This document shows, one piece after another, positions 1 to 13,568 of a stretch of DNA of 64,000 bases (positions within the stretch are counted from its first letter, which is position 1; each line of letters begins with the position of its first letter). The position numbers and the translations under genes are program-made. Location of the stretch: assembly GCF_963921235.1 (NCBI RefSeq), contig NC_086097.1:181042001-181106000 (forward strand). The letters are read 5' to 3'. Under the pieces are notes generated by a model. That model worked only from the letters and a program-made list of their open reading frames with translations, ran no database searches and was not told the DNA's origin. This DNA is from Mobula hypostoma. Lineage: Eukaryota.

Positions 1-392
1 TGGTCTATAAAAAACACCCAGTAGAGTTATTGACCCCTTCCTGTTTCTAACTTCTACCCACAGAGACTCTGCAGACAATCCCTCCATGTGTTCCTCCTTT
101 TCTGCTGCCATGACACTATCTCTGATCAACAGTGCCACGTCCCCACCTCTTTTGCCTCCCTCCCTGTCCTTTCTGAAACATCTAAAGTCTGGCACTCGAA
201 ATAACCATTCCTGCCCCTAAGCCATCCAAGTCTCTGTAATGGCCACAACATCATAGTTCCAAGTACTGATCCACGCTCTAAGTTCACCCACTTTGTTCAT
301 AATACTCATTGCATTAAAATAGACACATCTCAAACCATTGGTCTGAGTGCGTCCCTTCTCTATCACCTGCCTATCCTCCCTCTCGCATTGTC
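1..392 (-). mobile_element. CR1 LINE fragment (endonuclease region)
   Basis: Reverse complement resembles the CR1 endonuclease start at 33945 (W.YDVVAITETW, REGGKRGG). Confidence 0.8.
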
Positions 393-859
393 GCCAGAAA
401 AGCTGTGGAGATTTTGTTAACAGAAATGCTGTGGAGATTTCATGTCAAATCCAATCACTTCACAAACTACAGAAAATGTAGTAAAGGGCACTTTATTCTC
501 ACATAGGATAAACTTGTTTGGTTCAGCATTTTGCTTGCAATATCAATCAGTCCAATAAAAATCACAACTGCAGATTCTGAAAATCTGAAATAAAACAGCA
601 TCCCTGCAGTAGGATTTCCTTGTGAAGGAAACAAAGTCCAAGTTTCAGGTCAACTGTCTTTCCATCAAATTAAAATTTTATATTCTTTATGTACAAGAGT
701 TGGGACAAAATGTTGCAGCTGTAAGTCATTGGTGAGATCATGTATGGAGTAATGTCGACTGTACTTTTTTCCATAGATGCTGCCTGGCCTGCAGAGTTCC
801 TCCAGCAATTTGTGTGTGTTGTATGGAGTACTGTGTACAGTTTTGTGTACCTTGTTAAA

Positions 860-1310
860 CTGTAAAGAGTGAAGAAAAGATTTTTTGAGAATGTTACCAA
901 GACTAGGTATGAGTTATAGGGAGAGGTGACCAAGCTAGGTCTTAATTCCCATGGACGTAGGAGAATGAGGGGGCAACCTTATAGAGGTTTATAAAATTAT
1001 GAGGGGCAGGGATAAAATGGATGACAACACTTTTCTCTGTGGTTGGGGAATCCAAAATTAAGGGCATCTGTTCAGGGCAAGAGTGGTAACATTTTTCACA
1101 CAAAAATGACAAGTGTATGGAACAAAGTATAGAGGAGGTAGTTGGGGCAGGTACAATAGTATAATTTATGAAGCACTTTGATAGGTACATGGAGGGTCAG
1201 GGCTTAGATGGATATGGGCCGAACACAGCAAATTGGAACTAACTGGGTGGGCACCATGAACTTCATTAACTGGATGGATTGAATTTGTACTGCATTGTTC
1301 TATGATTGTG
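860..1310 (+). mobile_element. Decayed CR1 3' fragment
   Basis: Similar to the RRMRGDLIEVYKI-coding region and 3' UTR of other CR1 copies. Confidence 0.75.
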
Positions 1311-1794
1311 TCTGCTTCATCTTTTTCTCTTCTCTTCACTCCCGCCTCAACCATTCCACCAGCTTCCTTGTCCCTCGAATGGGATACTGTGGAACACAGT
1401 CCACAGGCAGTCATTTAGTTTTACCCTGCATACATTGGTTTGAGGACGTTAAGATTCAATTTTTATTAAAGCATTACACACACAACATTCAGCCGACTGC
1501 TCTTCCCCAATACTTTGAGACAGCTCTCCAATTAAATACTTTTGAAGTTCCAAATTACAATTCACTTATTGTCACTGGCCAAAGGTTGAATAGAGTCAAA
1601 GAGTAAAACAATCTGGAAGCAGGCCCTTCGGTCCAACTTGTTCAGGATAACCAAGGTAACCAAGTTGGTCCTTCTCACCTCCATTTGGCCCATATCCTTA
1701 TGAACCTTTCCTATCCATGTACATAGCTCAACACATCACAGGAACCAGTCCATAGACTGTCTGCACATCTTATTGCCTTGGTAAGACTTAAACA

Positions 1795-2342
1795 AGACAT
1801 AAAACATAGGAGCAGAGTTAGGACATTCTGCCCATCAAGTCTGCTCCGCCATTCCATCATGGCTGATATATTATTAACCCTCTCAATCCCACTCTCCTGC
1901 ATTCTCCCCTTCAACTTTGACACACTGACTCATCAAGAACCTACCAACCTCTGCTTTAAATATACTGAATGACTTGGCCTCCACAATTGTCCATGGCAAT
2001 GAATTCGAAAGATTCACCACCCTCCGGTAAAAAAATTCCTCCTTATCTCTGTTCTAAACGGATGTCTCTCTATTCTAAGACTACGTCCTCTGATCCTAGA
2101 CTCACCTGCTACAGGAAACATTCTCTCTACATCCACTCATATCTAAGCTTTTCAATATTTGATAGGTTTTAATGAGATCCCTCCTCATTCTTCTGAACTC
2201 CAGCAAGTACAGACCCAGAACTATCAAATACACCTCATATGTTAACCCTTTCATTCTTGTGAACCTCCTTTGGACCCCCCCTCCAATGCCACCACATCTT
2301 TTCTCAGATAGGGAACCCAAAACTGCTCACAATATTCTCAAG
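1795..2342 (-). mobile_element. CR1 3' end
   Basis: ORF 2102-2320 VQRRFTRM...EFRRMRRDLIK; typical CR1 3' UTR. Confidence 0.8.
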
Positions 2343-2344
2343 TA

Positions 2345-5300
2345 TGTGATATATTATGTAACTCTAAAACCAAGCAGAAGAAAAACCAGGAATCAGCTTA
2401 CTTGTGCATGCTTAGTTTCTCTTTCAGTGAGGCATGCACATACGGATTGTTGCGTAAAGACAAATGCCATTCACATACCTCTGTGTAAAACTCAAACTGA
2501 ATTACATAAACAACATAGAATGCTTAATCAAACAAAATGTTTACAAGGTTACCTAAACATTACTGAAATATTCAACACACAACACTGACAGCAATGAACA
2601 CCTTTCTTTCTAACAATTGACTCTGTTCTCTTTATCGATGTGTTATCTCCAAATGACATCAAATGTAACCTCCACTGTTTAAGAGAGTGGTCGAGTTCTG
2701 TCTTTAATTTTTCCAAGTACCCACTTTTGATTACTTCTGTAGTCCCTTGCCAAGACTGTGTGTCCAGAAGTAAAACATCCAACCTTCTTATTTACGGAGC
2801 TTTCAATTTGTCTCAGCTGTTTGTCCTGCTGAGTATCTCAATACTCCTTTTGAGTTGGGTTTTAGCAGGTCCAAGCATGAGTGCAAGGGATGAACCAGGA
2901 ACAGCATAGCTGATGAGTTGTTAGCTGTGGAGTGTGCTGCATTGTGATATGCAAGGAGGAAAGTGGCAAGCTTCTAATATAGTGTTAGTGTAGTTTGTTC
3001 TGCTGACATTACTCGGAGAGTATTCTTTAGATTCTGGACAAAGCTTTCCGTCAAGCCATTTGTAGGAATGACTGAAACTGTTCCACAACAAACCGTGGTC
3101 CACTGTCAATGACCAAGTGTTGCGGAACACCAGTCCTTGAAAAGACACTTCTCAACAGCTATTGGGAACACTTCTGGCCACTTTGTAGCTGTATCCACTA
3201 CTATCAAGAAATTTGTTCCAATGATAGTCTGGCAAGATCCACCTGAATCCTCTGTCAGGGCAATGGAGGTCATTCCCAGTGATGGAGAGGCGCTGCACTT
3301 GACATTTTCTGGGTGTGCTGGTACCCAAACAGTGATTAATCTGCTGATCTATCCCAGGCCACCAGACAAGTATTTGAGCCAACGCTTTCATATTAACCAT
3401 GTCCAGATGGCTGGAATGAAGCTCCTTGAACACTTTAGCTCTCAGCTTGGATGGTACAACAGCCCTCAATCCTCACATAAGGTAACCCCCATCAAGGGCA
3501 AGTTCATCCTCATGCTGGTAAAAATGAGGGAACTGGAATTTCTGCAGTGTATTCCAGCCGTTTTGGGTTGCCATATAGACTTGAGACAGTGTGGGGTCTT
3601 TTCTGGTTTCCGTTCCAATATCCTCCGCCATTATAGGGAAATGTTTGATTTGTATTAAGGAGAATACGTCAAGAGGAGTGTCCTCTTTTGTAAATTTTTC
3701 AGGTATTTCTTTTACCAAGGGTAAACGGGACAATCCATCATAATCTATGATTACTTGTCCTCTTGAATTCGATTTTGTAATTGTGTTCTCCAAGAAACAG
3801 AGCCCATCTCTGTATTCGTGCTGCTGCTGTTAGTGTAACACCATTCTGTGGATAGACAATAGACACCAAAGGTTGATGATCAGTAACTCTCTCCCACACA
3901 AGTCGCGGTTGAAAGGTTTTACAACCCAAGCCAGACTCCAGGTTTCTCTGCCAATCTGTGCATAACTTTTCTCTGCAGCAGTAAGTGAACATGATGCGAA
4001 TGGGTCGTTCACTTCCATCACTCATAGCATGTGACATGTCTGCACTTATACCATAATGCAAAGCATCACAGTCAAGCTTCACTGGACAATCATCATCAGG
4101 TGCCATGCCTAGTTTAAGCTTTGACAGCCATGGCCCACACACTCCTGTGTCGGGTCAAGTGGATCAATTCATTGGTATTCATTTCCAGTTCTCTGGCTGC
4201 TGTCTCCATCATCGTTCGTCTTTGTCTTCCTCTTGCTTTCTTCCCTTCAATCTTTCCCATAATTACTGTTCATTCTAACCCCTCTTTCCTAATCACATAT
4301 CCAATGAAATTACATTGCCTTTTCATGATCTCATACATTCTCTTATTGTGTTTGCTCTGTTCATGACATCCTCATTAGATATTCGTTTCGTCCATGATAT
4401 TCTTTGCATCCTCTTCAAAAACCACATCTCTGCTGCTTCAATTAGTTTTTTCATGTTACTAGATATTGACCAACATTCTGAGCCATGTAACATAACTGGA
4501 TAGATGTAACATTTCAGTACTCTGAGGTGGGTTGTCATGCCTAGTTTAGTATTTGTCAGTATATTCTTCATTCTCGTAAAGGTGTCTTTTGCCATCCCTA
4601 TTCTTCTTTTGATGTCCATGCCGCACCTGCCATCTGATGTCACCCAGCTTCCTAAGTAGCAGAAGTTCTGTACTTGTTTTATGTCTTCCCCGTTTATTCT
4701 CAACCTGCGGATAGGATTCTCCTTCTTTTTGGATATCACCATACATTCTGTCTTTTTGCAATTGATAGACAGACCCATTTTTTCACTTTCTTCAACAACT
4801 ATATCAATTAAGTTTTGTAGTTCTTCCTCTATACTTGCAATTAACACAGTGTCATCTGCATATCTGAAATTATTGATGTTTTCACCAACTTTGATTCCCA
4901 AGATGTCTCTTATTTTTTGTAATATTGTTTCACTGTACACATTAAATAAACCCTTGTCTAACACCTCTCTTGATTTTCGTAAACTGACTCACTTCTCCAT
5001 CTATTCTTACAGCAGCAGTTTGTTCCCAGTACAGATTTCCGATTAGGCGGAGGTCTTTCAAACCTAGATCTAGAGTTTCCTGTAATATTTCAAATAACTT
5101 ATTGTGCTTCACTTTATCAAATGCTTTTGTGTAGTCGATAAAACAAACAAATCTTTTTGCACTTGAATAGCTCATTCTGATAGTATCCTTAACATCAATA
5201 TTGTGTTTCTTGTACCTTTGACTTTCACAAAACCACATTGTTCTTTACCTATTTCAGCTTGTATCTTACTTTTAGCTCTTGTCATCAAAATTCTTGGATG

Positions 5301-6986
5301 TATCTTGGTGATATGACTCATTAAACTTATGGTCCTATGTAATTCACATTCTATTGCTCCAGGTTTCTTAGGAAGAGTGATAAATACTGATTTTTTTTCA
5401 CCTCTTCTGGTATTATTCCAGTCTCATAAATGTTATTGATTAAATCAGTAAGTTTTTCAATTCCATAATCTTCAAGGGCAATAATTTGTTCTATTACTAA
5501 TTCATCAGGACCCGCTGCCTTTCCTTTCTTCACCTTATTTATTGCATTACGAACTTCAGATTTTTAAAAACTTGGACCTTCAATGTTTTTCTTAATTTCT
5601 GGTTTTTCGCCTTGATCATCTTCAAACAATTCCTGAATATACTCAGTCCATCTGTTCATAATCTCACAGGACAATATAGAGCATAATGTGTGAGTTTAGT
5701 GTCTGATGTCGCAATTTCCTTTGCCTCTTAGAAAGCCACCTCATATTGCCATTTCTTTCCAATCTGCAGTAATGAGTTCAGCAGGTGGAGTACAGTAGCC
5801 AGGTTTGGCAGGAACCTTTTATAGTAATTGACAAATCCTAAAAAGGACTGCAACTGTGACATGTTCTTTGTCCTTGGGGCATCCACCATTACTTGAATTT
5901 TCTCAGCACACTTGTATGATCCTTGTGCATCAATGTGCAACCATAGTAAGTGTTGGTTGGTTTAAAGAATTCACACTCATTGCATCATGTTCTGAGCCCA
6001 TAATCTTCTAATCTTTTTAACACTAACTTGGAGATTTTGGAGACATTCCTCGTCATCCTTACCGGTAACAATGAATTAATCATACACAGCCTCGCAGCAC
6101 CCAGTCCATAGCTTTCTGCCAGAATGCAAGTGCAGGTGCAGATGCTACTCCAAAAGTAAACTTATTATAACGGTAAAGCCCTTTCTGAGTGTTTATGGTG
6201 AGAAACACTTAGGACCATTCTTCCATCTCCATCTGTAGGAGGCCTCAGCTAAGTCCACTTTGCTGAAATGCTTCCCTCCTGAAAGATTTGGAAAGATATT
6301 CTCTATCCTGGGCAGAGGGTATTGATCTACTTTCAGTACTGGGTTGATGGTGACCTTAAAATCACCATAAATCCTTATAGACCCATCATTCTTCTTAGCT
6401 ACTGGGACCACTGGCATTGCTCATAGGCTCAACTCAACCTTGGAAAGAATTCCTTTAGCCTTCCCGTGATCTAGCACACTGGCTACTTTATCAAGGACGG
6501 TATAGGGAAAAAGATGGGCTTAGTGAAACTTGGGTGTGGCATTTTCATTTAACAGTATTTTACCCTTGACATGTCTGAGTTTTCCAATGCCATCCTAGAA
6601 CACTGCTGTGGCATTATCCAGTACCTTTCTTAATTTGTATTCAGTTGACTCTATTGCAAATGGTGGATGGATCTCCAATCAAGTAGTAATTGTCTCAGCC
6701 AATCACAGCCCCATAATGCTGTCTGTCCCGGTTTTACCACATACAAACCCAATGTGGCTTGTTGGTTGTTGTATTTTTCTGTTACAAATGTCATTCCCAC
6801 GGGAGTTATCTTTTCTGCTGTATAAGTTCTTCGGTGGATATCTGCAGGCTTCAGTTTAGTATATTTGAAACGTTGTTCAAACTCACTTTGTAGAATGACT
6901 GAAACAGCCACACCAGTGTCCAATTCCATTCTAATAAATTTGCTGCTCACTTCTGGTGTAAGCCTTATTGCTTGTCTCCTAGTACC
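2345..6986 (-). mobile_element. Decayed Ty3/Gypsy LTR retrotransposon (protease-RT-RNaseH-integrase), 5' truncated, putative 3' LTR ~2345-2584, interrupted by an RTE
   Basis: Protease MELDTG (6651-6998); RT PVVPVAKK..IRIYGDFKVTIN..YPLP (6193-6417); LQSFLGFVNYY (5728); RNaseH YAQI/TDHQPL (3738-4142); integrase LRAKVFKELH..WWPGID (3152-3469). LTR call rests only on TG...CA ends. Confidence 0.88.
4091..5663 (-). mobile_element. RTE-clade LINE (BovB/Expander-like), 5' truncated
   Basis: MKKGKAAGPD, CFIDYTKAFDKV, RGVRQG, RYADDTVLIA, FCYLGS, EAAEMWF; (GAT)n tail; TSD tcactggacaat 4079-4090 / tcacaggacaat 5664-5675. Confidence 0.9.
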
Positions 6987-7365
6987 CTGAGACCCCATCC
7001 TTAATAATCATCTCCAACATCTTCCCAATCACTGAGGTCAGACTAATTGACCTATAGTTTCCTTTCTTCTGCCTCTCTCCCTTCTTGAAGAGTGAAGTAA
7101 CATCTGCAATTTTTCCGTCCTCTGGAACCATTCCAGAATCTAGTGATTCTTTAAAGATCGTTACTAATACCTCCACAATCTCTTCAGCTACCTCTTTCAG
7201 AACCCTGGAGTGTAGTCCATTTGGTCCAGGTCTAGGTGGCTTATCTACCTCCACACCTTCCAGCTTCCCTAATACCTTCTCCTTAGTAATAGCAACTACA
7301 CTGACTTCTGCCTCATGACACTCTCAAATTTCTGGCATACTGCTAGTGTCTTCCACAATGAAGAA
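6987..7365 (-). mobile_element. CR1 RT N-terminal fragment
   Basis: ORF 6979-7254 PGPNGLHSRVLKEVA...GNYRSISLTS. Confidence 0.85.
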
Positions 7366-7374
7366 TTGTAAAGA

Positions 7375-7720
7375 GTCACCATAATTAAAGATCCCATCCA
7401 TCTGAGACGTTCTCTCTTCATCCTCTCCCATCAGGTAGAAGATACAAGACCCTATAAGCTACCACCAAACCTCTACCCTGCTGTTATCAGGCAATTGAAA
7501 TGTCCTTTAGTACGATAAGATACTCTCGACCTCACAATCTACCTTATAATTGCCGTTGTCTTTTATTGTTTGCCTGCACTGCACCTCTTCTATAACTGTA
7601 ACTTGATTCTGCAATCTGTTATCGTATTCTGCACTACTTCAGTGCACTGTGTAATTAAATGATCTACATGGCATACAAAATAAATTCCTTCACTGTACCT
7701 TGGTACACGTGACAACATTA
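7375..7720 (+). mobile_element. Rex1/Babar-like LINE 3' end
   Basis: Codes IIKDP.H...LFS.LPSGRRY-like C-terminus; same family at 56890-57360 and 61370-61900. Confidence 0.6.
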
Positions 7721-7959
7721 ACCCATCTAAATGTCTCCTAAATGTTACTATATCTGCCTCCACTACTCCCCCTGGTATTCGTGCCAATTGGTTACCTGGA
7801 ACCACAAACTGCTTCTCTCACCACAGCTGCTGTCCAGTCCAAAGGATGTCCCTTACATTTGCTGATGTTATTAACATTGACAATATTTTATCATTGTCTT
7901 ATCTACAATTCTTTTGCCAATCACCAACTCTGTTATCTCTGTTTCCTGCTTCTATTTAC

Positions 7960-10625
7960 CTATTCAAAACTTCTCTTAAATGTTGAAATAAGTTTGCATA
8001 TACCACTTGCGCTGGTAGCTCGTTCCATACTCTCACCATCCTCTAAGTGAAGGCTTCCCTCATGTTCCCCTTAAACTTTTCACCTTTCATCCTTAACCCA
8101 TGACCTCTAGTTGTAGTCCCACCAGCCTCAATGGAAAAAGCCTGGTTGCACTTATCCTATCTATATCCCTCATAATTTTGTATACCTCGATCAAATCTCT
8201 TCTCAATCTTCTATGTTCCAAGCTATAAAGTCCTAACCTGTTGAATCTTTCTACTTAACTCATATTCTCCAGTTCCGGCAAAATGCTTGTAAATTTTCTC
8301 TGTACTCTTTCATTCTTGCTTACATCTTTCCTGTAGGTAGGTGACCAAACTGCACACAATACTCTGAATTAGGCCTCAAAAATGTCTTAGATAACTTCAA
8401 CATAACATCCCATTTCCTGCACTCAATACTTTGGTTTATGAAGGCCAATGTGCTAAAACATCTTTTTATGACCCAATCTACCTGTGACGCCATTTTCAAT
8501 TAATTATGGACCAGTATTCCCAGATCCTTTTGTTCTACCACACCCCTCAGTGGCCTACTGTTCATTCTGTAAGACCTACTCTGGTTGCTCCCCCCGAAGT
8601 GCAACATGTCTCATTTTTCTACATTAAATTCCATCTGCCATTTTTCAGCCCATTTTCCCAGCTGGTCCAGACCCCACTGCAAGCCATGATAGCCTTTGTC
8701 ACAGTCCACTACACCTCCAATCTTGGTATCATCTGCAAATTTACTGATCCAGTTAACCACATTATCATCCAGATCGTTGATATAGATGACAAACAACACA
8801 CATAGCACTGACCACTGCAGCCAACCTCCCATCTTGATCTTGACCAACCTCCCATGTAGGACCTTATCAAATGCCTTAAAAGTCCATGTAGACAACATTC
8901 ACCGCCTTGCCTTCATCAACTTTTCTGGTAACTTCCCCTAAAACTCTTGCATTTCTTATACTCTATAAGCACCTCATTTATTTCTACCTGTCCATAACTG
9001 CTATGCACCTCTTTTTTTCCCTCTTAACCAGGGCCTCAATATCTCTTGAAAATGAAGGTTCCTGACACCTGTTATCTTTACCTTTTATTCCGACAGGCAC
9101 GTCCAAGCTTGTAAACTCAAATTTTCACTTTTGAAAGTATCCGCTTAACAAGTACATCTCTGCCAAAAAAAACAGCCACTCCTTTCTGATAACATCAAAA
9201 TTGGCCTTTCTCCAATTTAAAATCTCAATCCACAGACAAGTCCTATCTTTTTGCAGATTTACTTTGAAAATAATGGAACTGTGCTCATTATATGCAAGGT
9301 GTTCACCTACAGAAACTTCTGTTGCCTGCCCTGTCTCAGAACAAGTATCACACACTCTCTCATTGGAACTTCCATGCACTGAACTACGTACCTCTTCAAA
9401 AAGATACAAACATGTTTGTAAGACCTTCCATATAGCCATGCTAACTATCCCTAGCAAGTCCACGCCTTTCTGGATGCAGCTAGTCCCTTTCCCTAAAAAT
9501 CTTCTCTCCAATAACTTCTCTACCACTGGGATAAGTCTCACTAGTGTATAATTTACTGGTCTGTTTCTATTCCCCTTCTTAGCTTTTTAAACAGACAAAC
9601 AACATTGGCTATTCTCTGGTACGCTGGTACTCTGGACTCCCCCACCCCCCCCCCGCCACGGTCACTGAAGAGATAAAAATATCTCTGTCAAGGACTAGCA
9701 ATCCCCCCTCTTCCCTCTCTCTATAACCAGGAATAGATTCTAATAGGCACTAAGGACTTATCCACCTTAATTCACTTCAAGATATTCAACATCTCCTCCT
9801 TGCTAAGAGTACTGATGGAAACTACTCCTTTAGTACCTCACCCTCATCCCCTGGTTCCAGGCACAAATTACCTATTTTGTCTTTGAAAGGTCCTACCCTC
9901 TCCTTAGGTACCTTCTTGGTTTTAATATATACATAAAATACCTTGGCATTCTCCTTAATGCCACCTGCTAAGGATTAAGGCCACTTTTCAGTCCTTCTGA
10001 TCCCCTGTTTAAGTCCTCTCCTGCTTCCATTATACCCTTTAAGTCCCCCATCTAAATTCAGATTCCTAAACCTTATATGTCTTTCAATTTGCAACACCCC
10101 TCATCATCCTCATCTTTCTTCCTCACATGAACAAGTTGGCTTTGACCTCTAACTAGCTGGTCTTTGTATGTCTCTAACATTTCAAATGTTGACTTTCCCA
10201 ATAACAATCTCTCCAAATTTACTCTCCCCGGTTTCTGCCTGATAACTAGCCTTTTCCCAATTAAGCACTTCTTTTGAATTCCGAAAACTTCCTTATTTGT
10301 GCCCAAAATCTTCTTCCACTGAAACTCTGATCTGGCTTGGTTCATTTCCCAATACATGATCAAGTACAGACCATTCCCTCGTTGGATTGCCTACATTCTG
10401 TATCACTAAACCTTCCTGGATGTACAGAACAAATTCTGCCCCATCTAAGTTTCTAGCACCAAGGGAGTCACAATCAATATTGGGGAAATAAATCACCCAC
10501 TGAAACAGTACCATTTTAAAAGAAATTTCCATAATCCATTTTCATATCTGCTCCTCTATCTCCCAGCGGCTGTTGGGAGGCCAATGGTAGTATAACCCCA
10601 ACTCTGTGATTATACCTCCCTTATT
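7960..10625 (-). mobile_element. Mosaic of decayed CR1 fragments
   Basis: ORFs 8611-8898 (KAFDKV, KFADDTKIGG), 9125-9541 and 10293-10532 (endonuclease-like). Confidence 0.8.
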
Positions 10626-11340
10626 CAGATTCTAGTCAGATTTATTTATCACATGTATATCAAAACAGACTGTGAAATGTGTCATTTGTGTTTACAACCA
10701 AGGCTGTGCTGAGTGCAACCCACAGGTTCGCCACACATTCCTTAGCCAACGTTACATGCCCACAATGTTCGGCAGAACAGCAGCAGCAAAACAAGCCTCT
10801 TTCCCATGCTCCCAGCCACTGACCCTCTCGCGCACACTTCGGCCTCCAACTTCAGGATATGCCGCCACTGGGTCTCCAGATCTTGGCCTAGACTCTCAAC
10901 ATCGGGTCAATCACCAACTTCCAGTCCTTGGCCCAGACTCACAGACCTGACCTTAGAGCCTCAACCTCTGGACTCTCCGAGCTCTGGACTTCAACCTTTG
11001 GCTTTTCCTCTGGACTTCGTCCACCTCTGAATATCAACCCCAGGATTCGCTAATCATGTGTTTGACCTTCATGCCTTGACTCCAGGACTCATCGATCATG
11101 GGTTTGATATTCAGGCTTCAACTTCCTGACTTGAATGGACCCCTGACCCTGGCAATCTGGGGCTGAGGGTGTGACAGGTCCTCATGACTCCCACCCACAC
11201 GGATCTCCAACTCGAAACATGTCGAACTGCAAATTACTCGCCTTCTCAATCCCTGCTGACTTCACCACCAGAATTGCTCATCTTCGACTGTGGCCTTGAC
11301 TCTGTACTCACATGGACCTTTGACCCAAGTGACCTGGGAA
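10625..11340. repeat. Dispersed repeat (atttatttatcacatgtacatc..cagtgaaatg head plus degenerate 'ccttgactccaggactcacc'-like tandem units); copies near 15540, 62050-62310 (inverted) and 62820-63300
   Basis: Direct sequence similarity between the four loci. Confidence 0.65.
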
Positions 11341-11825
11341 TCACTGACTCTCGTGAGTCATGAGCATTATCCATAATTACCTCACTGAGCCCTCCAGGCA
11401 ACACTGTGACATTCGTCCTGATCAGTAATTCAGCTCCCTCACCTCTTTACATCCCTCTCCATCAGATCTATATCTGCCTTACTCGTAATACTCCTTGCAT
11501 TGAAATAAATATGCTTCAGCCTATCAGTTCTCCAATGTTCTTAACCTGATCTGTATGTCCTTCCTTCCACCATTACCTGACCAGAAATTCATTGAAACCT
11601 GTGTTAAAAGCAATGAGTTGTTTGATTTAAGGCTGTAAATCAATGATAACTGCTGAGGCACTAATATTAAGTAACATTAACAGGGTGACTTGAACATTCT
11701 GTACCACACTCCAGCCACTTGCAGCACATGGGCTAGACTTGCCTATTCAGCATCATGGGAGATGAGAAATGTTAATTGAGCAGAGGTGGGCAGACAAGGT
11801 AGAGTTGAAGAATGCTCTATGTTAC

Positions 11826-11922
11826 CTGCAAATATGCAACCTGCTGACCACATGTCGATAGACGTTGAGTAAAGTTTGGCACCAAACAGTACATCTGGAG
11901 GGCGATACCACAGCGTCACCAC
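11826..11922 (-). CDS. CDK5: CDK5 exon 8 ([33 protein letters not shown], 97 nt)
   Basis: Read manually (absent from the ORF track); tag|GTG...GCAG|gtaac. Confidence 0.97.
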
Positions 11923-12059
11923 CTACAACAGGCAGAAGGGAGTACAGATCATATCAACCATTCATCTTCCTCATGTCAGGTGAGAAAATGTAAATGCTCT
12001 TCACAGGAACTTAACTGTCAGCTTAAGAAGGTGTCTACGTTAACCACCTGTGTGAAAGG

Positions 12060-12575
12060 CTGCAGCCCCTGTGGTACGGAACCCCCTTAGTACTGCATCT
12101 CTCAGACAACGTGGTATTCACTTAGTACTGCATTTCTGACAGTACAGCACACCCTCAGGACCGCACCTCTTACAGGATGGTGCTCCCTCAGTACCTCCCT
12201 GACTGTGCGGCACTCCCTCAGTACCAACCCTCTGACGCTGCGGCATTCCCTCAGTACCAACCCTCTGACTGTGCAGCGCTCCCTCAGTAATGCCCTTCTG
12301 ACAGTGCGGCTTTCCCTCAGTACTGCCCCTCTGACGCTGCGGCATTCCCTTAGTAATGCCCTTCAGATTGTGTGGTGCTCCCCCAGTACTGCCAACAGTG
12401 CAGTGCTCCCTCAGCAGTGTATTTCTCAAACAGTGTGGCACTCCCTCAGTACTGGCCCTCTGAGAGTGTGACTCTCCCTCAGTACTTCAGTGTGCACTAG
12501 GCTTATACCCAGATGTCTAGAATTGGGTTTGAATCAACAATATTTTGAGAGAAGGGCTGATCCACTAAGCCATGT
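12060..12575 (-). repeat. ~35-bp minisatellite (ctgacagtgcggcactccctcagtactgcccct) within a Deu-domain SINE-like element
   Basis: About 11-12 degenerate units; motif recalled from AmnSINE1/SacSINE1-type SINEs; degenerate tRNA-like head at ~12500-12575. Confidence 0.75.
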
Positions 12576-12709
12576 AAATGCCCAACATGTCAGATGGCGG
12601 AAGAAGATGCAGAATTGTCACCAGCTTTACCTTCAGTACTTTAGATCAGCGATATTCTGCCATTACATATTGTTGGCTTGGTCTCTCACTGGAGAACTGT
12701 TTCAGAACT

Positions 12710-13345
12710 GTTCTGATGAAGCACCTTTGACCTGAAACATTTAATGTTTTTCTCTCTCTTCATAGATAATGCTTGACCTGCTGAGTGTTTCTGGTATTTT
12801 CTACTTTAATTTAAACGTTCCAGCTTAACTTTTAACTTACTTACTTTTACTTTTTAACTTACTTTGGCCTCTCTTTTTGGCCCATTCTATTACTTTCGTG
12901 AAAAAAATCAGTCCTCAAGAGTGACCATGAGCTTCCAATTATCTGTAACTTTTCCTCCTCAATAGTCTGACCTTTTTTGGTTCCTTAAACTGTTCCAGTG
13001 CAATCTTGAAGAACAATACCTCATCCTCCATTTGGGCACACTGCAACTCACAAGGCTCAAGAACGAATTCAACAAATTCAGATAACCAGCTCTTTCAGTT
13101 TGTTTCAGAACTGGTCAGGGTATGCTAGGAATGTTCCACAGGTTGGAGGATATCTGTGGAGACCCTTTTGACACTTACTCAGAACATACATATTTTTCAA
13201 CAGTTTGCAGTTCTAAAGAGCCATTGACCTGAAATATTACCCCTCTCACTCTATCCACAGATGCTGCTTGACCTGCTGACTATTTCCAGTATTTTGCGTT
13301 TTCATTTCTGATTTACAGCATCTGTGGTTCTTTGCTTTTCAGTTC
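12710..13345 (+). mobile_element. Penelope-like element fragments
   Basis: 13006-13085 encodes LEEQYLILHLGTLQ...NEFNKFR* (GIY-YIG C-terminus pattern) with 'gatgctgcttgacctgctga' tail motifs; same tail near 778, 23750, 56680-56870 and 62480. Confidence 0.65.
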
Positions 13346-13493
13346 TCAGGGTCTCCCTTCCCAGTCTCACCAAGTGTCTGAGATAACAGTATGGCTTGTG
13401 AGAATGAGAAGGAATAAATATGCATAACAACTCCCCACAGTGCAACAACATAACACTGGACGCCAGAAAAACTGAGTTAAATTGCTCCCCTAC

Positions 13494-13568
13494 CTCAGCA
13501 GAATAACATCGGACAGGTATCCCAAATGCTCGAGCCAGCCCAAAGTCGGCCAGCTTCAGCTCCCCATT
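13494..13568 (-). CDS. CDK5: CDK5 exon 7 ([25 protein letters not shown], 75 nt)
   Basis: DFG motif and activation loop; cag|AAT...GAG|gtag. Confidence 0.97.

Noticed and set aside
1..11825. CDK5 exon 9 and the U12-type AT-AC intron 9 known from mammals
   Set aside because: No ELANAGRPLFPGND-coding sequence or exon-linked ATATCCTT donor found; 'gtatccca' on the minus strand near 1385 is not preceded by exon sequence; presumably outside the window
12060..12500. Regular ~35-bp repeats resembling a CRISPR array, and repetitive ORFs 12118-12441 / 12205-12471
   Set aside because: Units are contiguous and degenerate with no unique spacers, there are no cas genes, and the context is a vertebrate intron; the ORFs are by-products of the repeat
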